A stretch of DNA of 56,645 nt from an uncultured Gammaproteobacteria bacterium (GTDB lineage Bacteria; Pseudomonadota; Gammaproteobacteria; Xanthomonadales; SZUA-38): assembly GCA_964351665.1 (NCBI GenBank), contig CAYGPO010000005.1:1-56645 (forward strand), in the 5' to 3' direction. Below, in pieces: positions 37,616 to 47,982 of this stretch. The stretch's first letter is position 1. The number at the start of each line of letters is the position of its first letter. The translations under genes and the position numbers were made by a program. The notes beneath the pieces were generated by a model. It was not told where the DNA came from. It was given only the letters and a program-made list of their open reading frames with translations, and made no database searches.

Positions 37616-40101
37616 ATGTGTGGCGATTTTCCCTGCGTCAAGTGCGCCGAGAGTGGCGGGCGGGGGAATTGCGGGCGCTGGGTTTGGCGCTGGCAGTTTC
37701 CGCAGCAGCACTGACCTCTGTGGGCGCCTTTTCCGATCGAGTCAGCAAGGCCCTGAGCCAGGGAGCCAACGAGCTACTGGCGGCAGACCTGGTGATCAGT
37801 TCCCGCCAGCTGATCAGCAAACAATGGACCGAAGAAGCCGACAGGCGTGGCCTGAAAAGTGCTCAGACCATTGAATTTCCCACCGTCGCTTTTGCCGGCG
37901 AGCGCTCCTTGCTGGTGCAGGTTAAGGGTGTCAGCGAGGGCTACCCGCTGCGCGGCCAGCTGCAGATCGCTGAGCAGAGCTTCGGCCCGACACAGATCGC
38001 GGACGGGGGGCCAGCGGCGGGCCAGGCCTGGGTGGATCCCCGGGTGATGGCAGAACTGGCGCTGGAGCGCGGTGGCACCATAGAGCTGGGTGACAGCAAT
38101 TTTCAAACCAGCCAGACCATCGCCCTTGAGCCGGATGCGGGAGGCGGCGTGTTTAATCTGGCACCCAGGGTAATGCTGGCCTTCGACGACGTTGAAAGCG
38201 CTGGCCTGCTGGGGCCCGGCGCCAGGGTGCAATACCGCCAGCTGATCGCCGGCGACGACGCCGACGTGGCGGCCTTCAGGAAATGGTTAAAGCCCAGACT
38301 ATCTGCCGGCGAATCGATCCAGACCCTGGCCGACTCCCAGCAACAGATTGGCAAAGCCCTGGACCGAGCCAACCAATTTCTGATGCTGGCGGCGCTGACC
38401 GCCGTGCTGCTGGCCGGGATCGCCATCGTGATTGCGGTGCGCCAGTTTGTGGATCGTCACCTGGACACCGTAGCCATCTTGCGCTGCCTGGGCGCCAGCC
38501 AGTCAGACGTCATTTCCACCTTTGCCCTGGTGCTGCTTTGGACGGGCCTGCCGGCGCTGTTGCTGGGCGCGGGCCTCGGTTATCTGAGCCAGAATCTACT
38601 GGTGCTATCCCTGGGCGATCTACTACCCGGCACCGTGCCCGGCGCGGGCTTAAAGCCGGTGCTCATCGCCATGGCAATTGGGCTGCTGGCGCTGTTGGGC
38701 TATGGCCTGCCGCCGCTGCTCCGCTTGCGCACCGTGCCCCCGGTGCGGGTACTCAATCGACAGATGGGCGCGGCGCCGGCCAGCCAGTTTGTTGGTGACG
38801 CCACGGCCCTGCTGTTTTCCCTGGCTTTGATCTGGTGGCTGTCGGCAGACCTGAAACTTGGCGCCGTCATGGCCGGCGCCTCCCTGGGCGCGGGGCTGCT
38901 GCTGGCGGCTGGCGCATTTGTACTGATTCGTCTGGCCCGGCGGCTGACCCGGGGCCGAACCCTGGGCTGGCGTTATGGCATCGCTAACCTGGCACGTCGC
39001 AATCGCGGTGTTTTGATGCAGGTCGCTGGATTGGGCCTGGGGCTGACCGCCATTTTTCTGCTGGGGGTGGTGCAACGGGATTTAATGAACGGCTGGCGCA
39101 ACACGCTGCCAGCCAATGCGCCAAATTATTTCCTGATCAATATTCAACCTGAGCAGGTCGCCACCATAAGGCAGCAGCTGGAGCAGCGCGGCGCCGCCAC
39201 CCAGGGCCTGTTCCCGCTGGCGGTGACCCGCCTGACCGAGATTAACGGTGTCGCGCCCAGCGCTGATAATCTACCCAGCGGCAGCGCCCGGCGGCGCATC
39301 GATGGCAACATGAATATCTCATGGAGCGATGATCTATCCCTGGGTAACACCATTACCCAGGGACGTTGGCATGATCCTGAAATCCCAGGGCCGCAGATTT
39401 CTTTGGCCCAGTCCTGGGCCACTTCCATGGGGCTGGGGCTGGGCGATAAGCTCACCTTCAGCGCTGGCAGTGAAACCGTTACCGGCACCGTGAGCTCCAT
39501 TCGAGAAGTGGACTGGGACTCCTTTCAGCCGAATTTCTTTATCACTTTCAGCCGCAGCCTGGACGCCAGTATTCCCCATACCTTTATTAGCAGTGTATTC
39601 CTGCCGGAAGGTCAGTTTTCGGTGGTCGCAGAGCTGGTCAGACTGGTCCCCAACGTGTCGGTGATTGATGTAGGCACGCTGATGGCCAAAGTCCGAACCA
39701 TGATCGAACGAGTCTCACTTACGGTGCAGGTGGTGTTTGTCTTCACCCTGCTGGCCGGGGTGGTGGTGCTGCTGGCAGCGCTCAGCGCAGGCCTTGCTCA
39801 ACGACAGCACGAGGGTGCGGTGATGCGCACCTTGGGCGGCTCCGCCCGACAGCTGCGGGCTGCCATCTTCTCCGAGTTTGCGATGATTGGCGCGGTGGCC
39901 GGCCTGCTGGCCGCTGCCGCGGCGCTGGTGGCTGGTGGCGTGCTGGCCACACAGGTTTTCAACATTGACTATCAGGCCTCCTGGTGGCTGCCCGGGGCTG
40001 GGCTGGCCATCGGCGCACTGACCATCGGCACCACCGGCCTACTGGGTTCGCGCAGCGTGTTACGCACCCCACCCATGGTCACTCTGCGTGGCAGCCATTA
40101 G
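37612..40101 (+). CDS. ybbP: FtsX-family ABC transporter permease YbbP-like
   Basis: 829 aa with two FtsX-type permease modules separated by a large loop. There is a 4-nt overlap with the ybbA stop. Confidence 0.85.
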   Translation: MNVWRFSLRQVRREWRAGELRALGLALAVSAAALTSVGAFSDRVSKALSQGANELLAADLVISSRQLISKQWTEEADRRGLKSAQTIEFPTVAFAGERSLLVQVKGVSEGYPLRGQLQIAEQSFGPTQIADGGPAAGQAWVDPRVMAELALERGGTIELGDSNFQTSQTIALEPDAGGGVFNLAPRVMLAFDDVESAGLLGPGARVQYRQLIAGDDADVAAFRKWLKPRLSAGESIQTLADSQQQIGKALDRANQFLMLAALTAVLLAGIAIVIAVRQFVDRHLDTVAILRCLGASQSDVISTFALVLLWTGLPALLLGAGLGYLSQNLLVLSLGDLLPGTVPGAGLKPVLIAMAIGLLALLGYGLPPLLRLRTVPPVRVLNRQMGAAPASQFVGDATALLFSLALIWWLSADLKLGAVMAGASLGAGLLLAAGAFVLIRLARRLTRGRTLGWRYGIANLARRNRGVLMQVAGLGLGLTAIFLLGVVQRDLMNGWRNTLPANAPNYFLINIQPEQVATIRQQLEQRGAATQGLFPLAVTRLTEINGVAPSADNLPSGSARRRIDGNMNISWSDDLSLGNTITQGRWHDPEIPGPQISLAQSWATSMGLGLGDKLTFSAGSETVTGTVSSIREVDWDSFQPNFFITFSRSLDASIPHTFISSVFLPEGQFSVVAELVRLVPNVSVIDVGTLMAKVRTMIERVSLTVQVVFVFTLLAGVVVLLAALSAGLAQRQHEGAVMRTLGGSARQLRAAIFSEFAMIGAVAGLLAAAAALVAGGVLATQVFNIDYQASWWLPGAGLAIGALTIGTTGLLGSRSVLRTPPMVTLRGSH

Positions 40102-41549
40102 TCCTGAAAAGTCAGGTCCAGCTGCCGGGCTGCTTTGACGTCGTCCAATCGACGCACCGGCATGGTTAGGGGTGCCGCCTTAGCCAGGGCTGGATCAGCC
40201 TGTACGCTATCGCGAATATCTACCATGGCGGCAATGAATCGATCCAGCACTTCCTTACTTTCGGTTTCGGTGGGCTCAATCAGCTGACACTCAGGCACCA
40301 GCAGCGGAAAGTAGTTGGTGGGCGCGTGAAAATCCTTGTCCAGCAGCATTTTTGACAGGTCAGTGGCAGTCAGGCCAAATTCTTTGGCCTCCTTTTTTAA
40401 CGTCACAATGAATTCGTGGCTGGCCCGGCGACTGGGAAAGGCCAGCTCAAAACCCTCCTGGGAAAGTCTAGCGGCCAAATAGTTGGCATTTAGGGTCGCA
40501 AACTCAGCCACCCGGGGCATTCCCTGACGCCCCAGCATCAGGGCGTAGATGAGTGCCCGCAGCAGCACCCCGGCATTGCCGGCAAAAGCCGACAGCCGAC
40601 CAATGGATTGCGGACAATCGGCCTCATCCAGCCAGCGGAAACTGCCGTCATCAGCCTGGCCCACCATAGGAATCGGCAGGTAGGGCAGCAGGCGTTTAGA
40701 AACACCTACCGCCCCGGCCCCGGGACCGCCGCCGCCATGGGGCGTAGAAAAGGTTTTATGCAGATTCATGTGAATCGCGTCAAAGCCCATATCCCCAGGC
40801 CGCGCCTTGCCCAAGATCGCGTTCAGGTTTGCGCCGTCATAATAAAGCAGACCACCAACCCCGTGGACCAGTTCTGCAATCTCTTTGATCCGACGCTCAA
40901 ATACACCCAGGGTTGAGGGATTGGTGAGCATGATTCCCGCCGTCTGCGGCCCCAAAGCCTGTTCCAACGCAGCGAAGTCCACATCGCCATCGGCCGCCGT
41001 TGGAATTTCCCGCACCTTGAACCCGCACATGATGGCAGTTGCCGGGTTGGTGCCGTGGGCCGCGTCAGGGACAATAATCTCGGTGCGGGTGTCAAGGTCG
41101 CCGCGAGCCTGGTGATAGGCGCGAATCATCGCGACCCCGGTAAATTCGCCCTGGGCGCCTGCCATGGGAGTTAGCGACACTCCGCTCATGCCCGTAACTT
41201 CAGCCAAGATCCCTTGAAGGTTGTGCATGGCCCCCAAAAAGCCCTGGGACAGCTGCGCCGGCGCGGTTGGATGCCGGCCCAGAAAACCGTCCAGCATCGC
41301 CAGTCGGTTGCAGGCTCTAGGGTTGTATTTCATGGTGCACGAACCCAGCGGATAAAAGTGCGTATCGATGGAGAAATTCTTCTGGGACAGGCGGGTGTAG
41401 TGGCGCACCACCTGCAACTCTGAAACCTCCGGCAACCGAGCCGATGTGGTACGCCTCAAAGGGCCCGGAATGGCGTCCCCCAGATCTACTGAAACCGGGT
41501 GTTGGGCGGACGCCTGACGGCCTGGGGCAGATTGCTCAAAGATCAACAT
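40098..41549 (-). CDS. gcvPB: glycine dehydrogenase (aminomethyl-transferring) subunit 2
   Basis: 483 aa, full length for the split-type P-protein beta subunit ([18 protein letters not shown]......[28 protein letters not shown]). Confidence 0.9.
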   Translation of the reverse strand: MLIFEQSAPGRQASAQHPVSVDLGDAIPGPLRRTTSARLPEVSELQVVRHYTRLSQKNFSIDTHFYPLGSCTMKYNPRACNRLAMLDGFLGRHPTAPAQLSQGFLGAMHNLQGILAEVTGMSGVSLTPMAGAQGEFTGVAMIRAYHQARGDLDTRTEIIVPDAAHGTNPATAIMCGFKVREIPTAADGDVDFAALEQALGPQTAGIMLTNPSTLGVFERRIKEIAELVHGVGGLLYYDGANLNAILGKARPGDMGFDAIHMNLHKTFSTPHGGGGPGAGAVGVSKRLLPYLPIPMVGQADDGSFRWLDEADCPQSIGRLSAFAGNAGVLLRALIYALMLGRQGMPRVAEFATLNANYLAARLSQEGFELAFPSRRASHEFIVTLKKEAKEFGLTATDLSKMLLDKDFHAPTNYFPLLVPECQLIEPTETESKEVLDRFIAAMVDIRDSVQADPALAKAAPLTMPVRRLDDVKAARQLDLTFQD

Positions 41550-41722
41550 AGGTATAGGAGTTCCTGTTAGCTGGCTGGCCGCTGGCTGGATTAACGTAAT
41601 CGAACAAAGGGTTGGCCTATAATATCGAAAACGCCGCCTTCCTAGCTATGGTGAAAGTGTGAAATTCATGGCCCAGCCTACACAGGCAGCCCGGTCACTC
41701 ACAGCGAAAAAGGCGGCGCAAA

Positions 41723-41751
41723 TTGACGCTAAGCATTAGCGCAGCTATCTT
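41723..41751 (+). promoter_or_regulatory. putative sigma70 promoter upstream of the M23 peptidase gene
   Basis: TTGACG-N17-TATCTT read from the sequence. It has no other support. Confidence 0.3.
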
Positions 41752-42050
41752 ATCGGGCAAATCGGAACCCCCACGTGCCGTCCAGACCTCAATTTCCCCG
41801 CGATTACAAAGCTCAGCCGGACAACCGTCGGCGACCGCCCGCGGCCTCACGCCGTCGCGCCGGGGCAGTGTTTCGCGGCTCCCTTAAGGGTGGCCGCAGA
41901 GATATGGGAAAATCATCGCCGATTCTGCAAGGAATCGCTACAAAGTATCTGGTGCGGGCCAGGGCCTTGCTGGCAAAATCGTCAGCGCGGAACCTGGGCA
42001 GTGCGTCCTCAGCCCACCCCCAAGCACAGGTTCAGGGCCGCTCCAAAAGC

Positions 42051-43358
42051 ATGGCCAACAACCTTCAACGATGGCTGGCGAATCTGCCTGGGCCCCGTCG
42101 GCTGTGGCTGGCCGTGGGTACGATCCTGGTTATCCTGCCTGTGCTTTCCCTGGGTCTTGAAGCCATTGGCAATCGATCTGCAGCGGTGGCAGCGGATCTG
42201 CGGCTAACCCGTAGCCTGGCCCTGCCTGACCCAACAGAGAAAATTCCCGCTATTGTGCCTAAGGCATCCTGGAACGTTCAAAAAGTGGGTAAAGGCGATA
42301 CCTTGGCGGCGGTGTTCAAGCGCCTGGGGCTGGGCCCTGGAACGGTGCACAAAGTGGTTCACCTGGACGACAACACGGCCCGGCTGACCCGGATCTACCC
42401 CGGCGATGAACTGGCCTTTCAGCTGGCTGAAGACGGCGGGCTGAAAGCGCTGGAATACCAGCTCAGCGAAGATGAGCGCCTGCGTGTGGTGAGCGTCGAT
42501 GGCATTCTACATAGTGAAATTCAGGCCACGGCACTACTGACACAGCTGCGCCACACCGGCGGCCAAATCAACGATTCGCTGTTCCTGGCCGGCCGTGAGG
42601 CGGGTTTGAGTGATCGACTCATCATGGACATGGCCGGGCTGTTCGGCTGGGACATTGATTTTGTGTTGGATATTCGCCGGGGGGACGAGTTTCACCTGAT
42701 TTATGAGGAAATCTACCGAGACGGTGAGTTTCTTCGAGCCGGAGAAATTGTTGCAGCAACCTTCATCAATCAGGGCGACCGATTTCAAGCTGTGCGCTTC
42801 GTCACCGACAACGGCACGGAATATTTTTCCCCAGACGGTCGCAACATGCGCAAAGCGTTTCTCCGCGCACCCCTGAATTTTTCTTATATCAGCTCCAACT
42901 TCAATCCGAAACGTTTTCACCCCATTCAAAAACGTGTCAAAGCGCACAACGGCACCGACTACCGGGCGCCATCGGGTACGCCGGTGTTTTCCGCCGGCCA
43001 CGGCAAGGTGGTTGAGTCTGCCTACAACCGATTTAACGGTCACTATGTGTTTGTCCAACACGGCAATAACATCGTCACCAAATACCTGCATTTCACCAAA
43101 CGCAACGTCAAGAAGGGACAGCGGGTCAAACAGGGCCAGGTAATAGGTTATGTTGGCTCCACCGGCCAGTCTGAGGCGCCCCACCTGCATTATGAATTCC
43201 TGGTCAATGGCGTTCACCGCAATCCCCGCACCGTCGACCTGCCAAAGGCTGACCCTCTGCCAAAAGCCCAGCTGGCCGCGTTTCAACAGGTCTCCTCACC
43301 ATTGCTCAATCAACTGGATCTAATCCAAGGCAAGGCGCTGCTGGCTAAAGGGCCTTGA
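42051..43358 (+). CDS. M23-family murein endopeptidase (MepM/YebA-like, OapA/LysM-like N-region)
   Basis: The N-terminal membrane anchor after MANNLQRWLANLPGPRRLWL resembles the YebA N-terminus. The M23 catalytic motifs are HNGTDY and GSTGQSEAPHLHYE. ATG 42051 is preferred over the track's GTG 41775, but the start is uncertain. Confidence 0.8.
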   Translation: MANNLQRWLANLPGPRRLWLAVGTILVILPVLSLGLEAIGNRSAAVAADLRLTRSLALPDPTEKIPAIVPKASWNVQKVGKGDTLAAVFKRLGLGPGTVHKVVHLDDNTARLTRIYPGDELAFQLAEDGGLKALEYQLSEDERLRVVSVDGILHSEIQATALLTQLRHTGGQINDSLFLAGREAGLSDRLIMDMAGLFGWDIDFVLDIRRGDEFHLIYEEIYRDGEFLRAGEIVAATFINQGDRFQAVRFVTDNGTEYFSPDGRNMRKAFLRAPLNFSYISSNFNPKRFHPIQKRVKAHNGTDYRAPSGTPVFSAGHGKVVESAYNRFNGHYVFVQHGNNIVTKYLHFTKRNVKKGQRVKQGQVIGYVGSTGQSEAPHLHYEFLVNGVHRNPRTVDLPKADPLPKAQLAAFQQVSSPLLNQLDLIQGKALLAKGP

Positions 43359-44500
43359 TGGAGGCTCCAGGCATAGCGTCTGCGCCTGAGACCGCACTGT
43401 TTCTCGGTCTGATATCCGGCACCAGCATGGACGGCATTGATGCGGCGCTGGTGGACTTCGCGCCCGCCAATCCTGAAATCCTGGGAGCGTTGTCTCGGCC
43501 GTACGACGCTCAGCTGCGACAGAACCTCGTTGGCGTTTGCGCCGGCCAGCCCCTCAGCGCCGGCGCGCTGGCAGACCTGGACAGCCAAATTGGCCTGGCC
43601 TTCGCCGACGCCAGCCTTGCTCTGCTGACGGAACTGCAGGTGAGCCCCAGCCAGGTCATCGCCATCGGCAGTCACGGCCAAAACGTTTTCCATGGGCCAT
43701 GGGCTACGCCGGCCAGCACCCTCCAGCTCGGCAACCCGCACCTGATTGCTGAACGCACCGGAATTACCACGGTGGCTGACTTTCGCCGGCGCGATGTGGC
43801 CATGGGCGGCCAGGGAGCCCCCCTGGCACCGGCGCTACATCAGCGCCTGTTTCGGGCTGAACAAGATTCGACGGCGGTGCTCAATGTGGGCGGCATTGCT
43901 AATCTGACCCTACTGCCCGCAGCGGCGGATTTACCCACTACCGGCTTTGATACCGGCCCCGGCAATTGCCTGATGGATGAATGGATACGGCAACATCTTG
44001 ATCAAAGTTTCGACGCCGGCGGCGCCTGGGCAGGCTCTGGGACTGCAATCCCACAGCTGCTCAGTCAGCTGCTGGTAGACCCCTATTTTTCAAAGCCCGC
44101 GCCCAAGAGCACCGGTCGTGAGTACTTCAATCTGACCTGGCTGAAGGGCTACGCAGACCTTAGTCAGTATCGGGCGGCCGACGTACAGGCGACCCTGGCT
44201 GAATTGACCGTGCAGACCATCGCCCAACAGCTGGCAGAAAATCTGCCAGACTGCAGCCGACTGCTGATTTGTGGGGGTGGGGCCCACAACCAACACCTGC
44301 TCAACCGATTGGATGCTCAGCTGCAGTCAGTTGCGGTGCAGCTGACCGACCAGCATGGGATCTGCGCTGACTGGGTAGAGGCAACACTGTTTGCCAGCCT
44401 TGCTAGATCAGCACTCAGTTCTGAAATCATCGACCTGCAGGCCGTGACCGGTGCAGCCCCCCATGTTTATGGCGTGGTGTTTCCCGCCTCAGGCGCCTGA
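43358..44500 (+). CDS. anmK: anhydro-N-acetylmuramic acid kinase
   Basis: GLISGTSMDGIDAALV N-terminal motif, with AnmK-like length and pattern. The ATG overlaps the M23 stop (TGATG). Confidence 0.9.
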   Translation: MEAPGIASAPETALFLGLISGTSMDGIDAALVDFAPANPEILGALSRPYDAQLRQNLVGVCAGQPLSAGALADLDSQIGLAFADASLALLTELQVSPSQVIAIGSHGQNVFHGPWATPASTLQLGNPHLIAERTGITTVADFRRRDVAMGGQGAPLAPALHQRLFRAEQDSTAVLNVGGIANLTLLPAAADLPTTGFDTGPGNCLMDEWIRQHLDQSFDAGGAWAGSGTAIPQLLSQLLVDPYFSKPAPKSTGREYFNLTWLKGYADLSQYRAADVQATLAELTVQTIAQQLAENLPDCSRLLICGGGAHNQHLLNRLDAQLQSVAVQLTDQHGICADWVEATLFASLARSALSSEIIDLQAVTGAAPHVYGVVFPASGA

Positions 44501-45798
44501 TCCTTAGACCGACTGGCCATTAACGCGGCTTCATCCACCATTCCGGCTTTAATCATCACCGCAAACAACACGATTCCGGGTAGCGCTGCGCCCGTGGTCA
44601 GCAGATAAAAATTGACGTATCCAGTTGATTCAATCAGCGCTCCAGCGGTGGTGCCGGTTAACAATCGGCCGACAATACTGGCGGCAGCTGAAATCAATGC
44701 GTACTGAGATGCGGTGAAGCGCAGATCACACAGGGCAGAAAAATAGGCCACCACCACCACCCCGCCGATACCACTGGCGGTGTTTTCAAATCCAATCGCC
44801 GCCGCCAGCCCCAGGTTGCTATGGCCCACTACGGCCAGCGCCGCAAAACTGAAATTGGACACCGCCATGAGGATCAGGCTGATCAGCACTGAGCGAGCCA
44901 TGCCGAGCCGGGTATACATTGCCCCGCCGAGGAAAATCCCAATCAGATAGGCCCAGAATCCGACACCCACATCGTATAGGGCGATTTCTGCGTTGCTGAA
45001 TCCCAGATCGTCGAACAACAGGCGGAAGGTCAAATTGGCCAGGGTGTCGCCGATCTTATGCAGCAGAATAAACAGCAGAACCAAAAATGCACCGCGCCGT
45101 CGCAGGAACTCCAATATCGGGTTAAACACCAGCCCAACCGCCGCTCCGATGCCGGTGCGTTGCTGCACCTGTAGCTGTCGCTGGGGCTCGCCCATGATCA
45201 ATGCTGTGATCATGGCCGGCAGCGCCAGCGCGGCGCAGGCGGCATAAGCAATAGTCCAGCCAAAGTCGCCGGCAAGCACCAGCGCACCAGCACCTGCCCC
45301 GGCGGAGCCGATACGCCAGCCATATTGCGACATACCCGAACCAACCCCCAGCTGTCTGGCGCTCAGCAGCTCGATGCGGTAACCGTCGATAACGATATCG
45401 AAGGTGGCGCCAGCCACCCCTACAGCGACGGCGGCGTAAGCAGTGGTGAGCAGGTTGGCCGAGGGGTCAACCAGGGCTAGATTGATCACCGCCGCAATCA
45501 CCAACAATCCGGAAAAGATCATCCAGGAAACCCGCTGACCCAATCGACCAAGCAGCGGCAGCTCAACGCTATCCACCATCCAGGCCCACAACCATTTGAA
45601 GTTATAGACTAAAAAAGCCAGCAGAAATGCCGTCACCGAACGTTTGTCGATGCCCTCCTGAGCCAGCCGGGTGGTCAGGGTGGCGCCAATCATGGCGTAA
45701 GGAAATCCCGAGGACAGGCCTAGAAAAAAGGCCGCCAGGGGAGCTGCCTCAAAATACGGTCTGACCGTTGCCGGCAGCTTTTCCAGCCAGCGGCTCAC
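44467..45798 (-). CDS. ampG: AmpG-family muropeptide MFS permease
   Basis: 443 aa and polytopic, with an AmpG-like N-terminus (LGLSSGFPYAMIGATLTTRL..EGID). Its start overlaps the xthA stop by 4 nt. Confidence 0.85.
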   Translation of the reverse strand: MSRWLEKLPATVRPYFEAAPLAAFFLGLSSGFPYAMIGATLTTRLAQEGIDKRSVTAFLLAFLVYNFKWLWAWMVDSVELPLLGRLGQRVSWMIFSGLLVIAAVINLALVDPSANLLTTAYAAVAVGVAGATFDIVIDGYRIELLSARQLGVGSGMSQYGWRIGSAGAGAGALVLAGDFGWTIAYAACAALALPAMITALIMGEPQRQLQVQQRTGIGAAVGLVFNPILEFLRRRGAFLVLLFILLHKIGDTLANLTFRLLFDDLGFSNAEIALYDVGVGFWAYLIGIFLGGAMYTRLGMARSVLISLILMAVSNFSFAALAVVGHSNLGLAAAIGFENTASGIGGVVVVAYFSALCDLRFTASQYALISAAASIVGRLLTGTTAGALIESTGYVNFYLLTTGAALPGIVLFAVMIKAGMVDEAALMASRSKDQAPEAGNTTP

Positions 45799-46562
45799 CA
45801 GTCGTAGTCGATAATCAGCGGCGCATGGTCAGAAAAACGCTTGCGCTTGTAGATGCTGCAGCCGGTGGCAGCCGCTGCCACAGCAGGGGTCGCGATCTGG
45901 TAATCGATCCGCCAACCCACGTTGTTGGCCCAGGCCTGACCGCGGTTTGACCACCAGGTGTACTGCTCATCACGCTGATCCAAAGCACGGAAGGTATCGA
46001 CCCAGCCTGCCTCATTGAACAGCTGGTCCAGCCAGGCCCGCTCCTCTGGCAGGAAACCGGAGTTCTTGCGGTTACCCCGCCAGTTTTTCAGGTCCTGCTC
46101 TTTGTGCGCGATATTCCAGTCACCGCAGATAATGTATTCACGCCCATCCTGGGCCATGGCCTTTAGTTTGGGCATCAGCCAGTCCATCACAGAAAACTTG
46201 AATTGCTGACGCTCATCGCCGGAAGATCCCGACGGCAGATAGAGGGAAACCACTGACAGATTGCCAAAATCTGCCTGCAGCCAACGACCCTCCGCGTCAA
46301 ACGCGGATTCCTCCAGACCTACCTGGACCCGGTCCGGCGGCTGGCGGCAATACAGCGCGGTGCCGCTGTAGCCCTTTTTCACCGCATCGTGATAGAAACA
46401 GTGAGCCATTGGGAAAAAGGCCTTGTTTTCTTCCAGCTGATGAACCTGAGCCTTGGTCTCCTGAATGCACACCACGTCGGCTTTTTGTCGTTTTAACCAG
46501 GCAAACACCCCTTTGCGTTCGGCGGCCCGAATACCGTTGGCGTTCAGCGAGATGATCCGCAT
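45795..46562 (-). CDS. xthA: exodeoxyribonuclease III
   Basis: From MRIISLNANGIRAA... it has the EEP-fold ExoIII pattern (DVVCIQETK, ICGDWNIAH, SDHAPLIIDY). I rejected the track extension to 46838. Confidence 0.9.
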   Translation of the reverse strand: MRIISLNANGIRAAERKGVFAWLKRQKADVVCIQETKAQVHQLEENKAFFPMAHCFYHDAVKKGYSGTALYCRQPPDRVQVGLEESAFDAEGRWLQADFGNLSVVSLYLPSGSSGDERQQFKFSVMDWLMPKLKAMAQDGREYIICGDWNIAHKEQDLKNWRGNRKNSGFLPEERAWLDQLFNEAGWVDTFRALDQRDEQYTWWSNRGQAWANNVGWRIDYQIATPAVAAAATGCSIYKRKRFSDHAPLIIDYDW

Positions 46563-46645
46563 TGCATTGTCCTTTGTGGCGGCAGCCGCGCAGTTTAGCA
46601 GGCTGCTGGGGGGACATGACTTCCAGCACTGTATTACAAATGTGC

Positions 46646-46655
46646 TACATATGTA
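46646..46655. promoter_or_regulatory. perfect 10-nt palindrome tacatatgta in an AT-rich divergent promoter region
   Basis: Read directly. It lies 34 nt upstream of the RHH-like gene's ATG and may be an operator. Confidence 0.3.
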
Positions 46656-46688
46656 TACTTTAGTCCTTAGATTAGGGGAGCCGCCTCC

Positions 46689-47213
46689 ATGTCGGAAAAA
46701 AGTGTCAATCTCAGCGTACGCCTGAGCAGCGAAGATGCGCGTTTTCTCAAGCGCCTGAGCATCCCCAACGCTGAAACCGTCAGCGAAAAACTGCGCATGA
46801 TCATTGATCGCGCCAGACGCCGTGAGGAAGGTGCCCATAGTTACCCTGCTGCCCTGAGGATGGTCGATGAGCTATTGGACCCAGTGCGCTTAGGCCTGCT
46901 GGATCAGGAACGGCGAGAACAGGTGCACTCCGAGCTGCTGGCCAGAGTTTATGAATGGTTGCCGGACATGCTCGGCTACCTGCTGGCAGGAGTTGATCAG
47001 GAGCCCGACTCCGATGAGGTCATCGAGCTGGCACAGCTGGAATCGGGTATCGCGGAGCGGGTATTTCGGCTCATTGAAGCGGTGCTTAGACTGGCCCTTA
47101 CCTGCCCCAACCCCTGCTTTGAATCCGACGCGATAAGTCGCCGGCTGGCTTCAACTCTGGCCTTGGCCAGACTGCTGGAAACCGTTGCGCCGCCACCTAA
47201 GGGAGCAAAATAA
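46689..47213 (+). CDS. hypothetical protein with ribbon-helix-helix-like N-terminus
   Basis: 174 aa. A ggggag SD lies upstream. The N-terminus VNLSVRLSSEDARFLKRLS....TVSEKLRMIIDRA looks CopG/RHH-like, and the rest is helical with no recognised family. The stop overlaps the next ATG (TAATG). Confidence 0.6.
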   Translation: MSEKSVNLSVRLSSEDARFLKRLSIPNAETVSEKLRMIIDRARRREEGAHSYPAALRMVDELLDPVRLGLLDQERREQVHSELLARVYEWLPDMLGYLLAGVDQEPDSDEVIELAQLESGIAERVFRLIEAVLRLALTCPNPCFESDAISRRLASTLALARLLETVAPPPKGAK

Positions 47214-47869
47214 TGATTGAACTGATTACCCACGAAAGAGCCCTGCCATTTGCCGTTTCCCTGGCCCTGATGGCTTTGCTGCTGGTACTGGAACTGATCA
47301 CCCTGGCCTTCGGCACGGCGCTGTCGTCGCTGGTCGATGGCGCTCTGCCTGATCTTGCTGCCGGCGCTGATATGGATGCTGATCTGGATCTGCAGTCAGG
47401 GGGACAGCTGTCATTAGGTGCATTCCTGGCCTGGCTGAAACTGGACAAGCTGCCGACCCTGGTGGTGCTGATCGTATTTTTGGCCAGTTTTGGGCTGCTT
47501 GGTCTGACCCTGCAGAGCGTGATCGCCGGCCAGGTTGGCCAGCCCATGCGCGCATCCATCGCCGCCATTATCACCCTGCCCCTGACCATCCCAGTGATGG
47601 GGCCGCTGCTCAGCGGCCTGGCCAAGGTTATGCCCCAGGACGAAACCGAAGCGGTGTTCAGGGAATCATTTATCGGCGCCATCGCCACCATCACCCTGGG
47701 CACCGCCAGCCCTGGCTCGCCGGCCCAGGCCCGACTGTCCGATGATCATGGACAAACCCACTACGTGATGGTGGAACCAGCCGCCGGCCAGCCAGACATA
47801 GCAAGCGGCAGCAACGTTGTCCTTGTTGAAGCTGCCGGCAACAGCTTCCTGGTGCGTCCTGTTAACTGA
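47213..47869 (+). CDS. YqiJ/NfeD-like inner-membrane protein with C-terminal OB-fold
   Basis: 218 aa with several TM helices, then a soluble C-terminal beta-rich segment. It precedes a flotillin gene, as in E. coli yqiJK. Confidence 0.7.
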   Translation: MIELITHERALPFAVSLALMALLLVLELITLAFGTALSSLVDGALPDLAAGADMDADLDLQSGGQLSLGAFLAWLKLDKLPTLVVLIVFLASFGLLGLTLQSVIAGQVGQPMRASIAAIITLPLTIPVMGPLLSGLAKVMPQDETEAVFRESFIGAIATITLGTASPGSPAQARLSDDHGQTHYVMVEPAAGQPDIASGSNVVLVEAAGNSFLVRPVN

Positions 47870-47982
47870 CCGGCCTGCAGCGACTGTCGGCCCATTCAAA
47901 AAAGCCTATTTCAAACAGCCTGCCGATAGCACACAAACGGGCGAAAATTTAGCCTTATCAACCTGACCTGAAAGGAGTTTTT

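Noticed and set aside
41550-41775. Possible glycine riboswitch upstream of gcvPB.
   Set aside because: I read the minus-strand leader and found none of the conserved glycine-aptamer cores (GGAGAG / ACCGAAGG-GCAA-like). A covariance-model scan would be the definitive check.
46621-46660. Possible LexA/SOS box upstream of xthA (a ctgt... motif near the palindrome).
   Set aside because: The sequence ctgtattacaaatgtg lacks the CTG-N10-CAG symmetry of gammaproteobacterial LexA boxes. Only the 10-nt tacatatgta palindrome is real.
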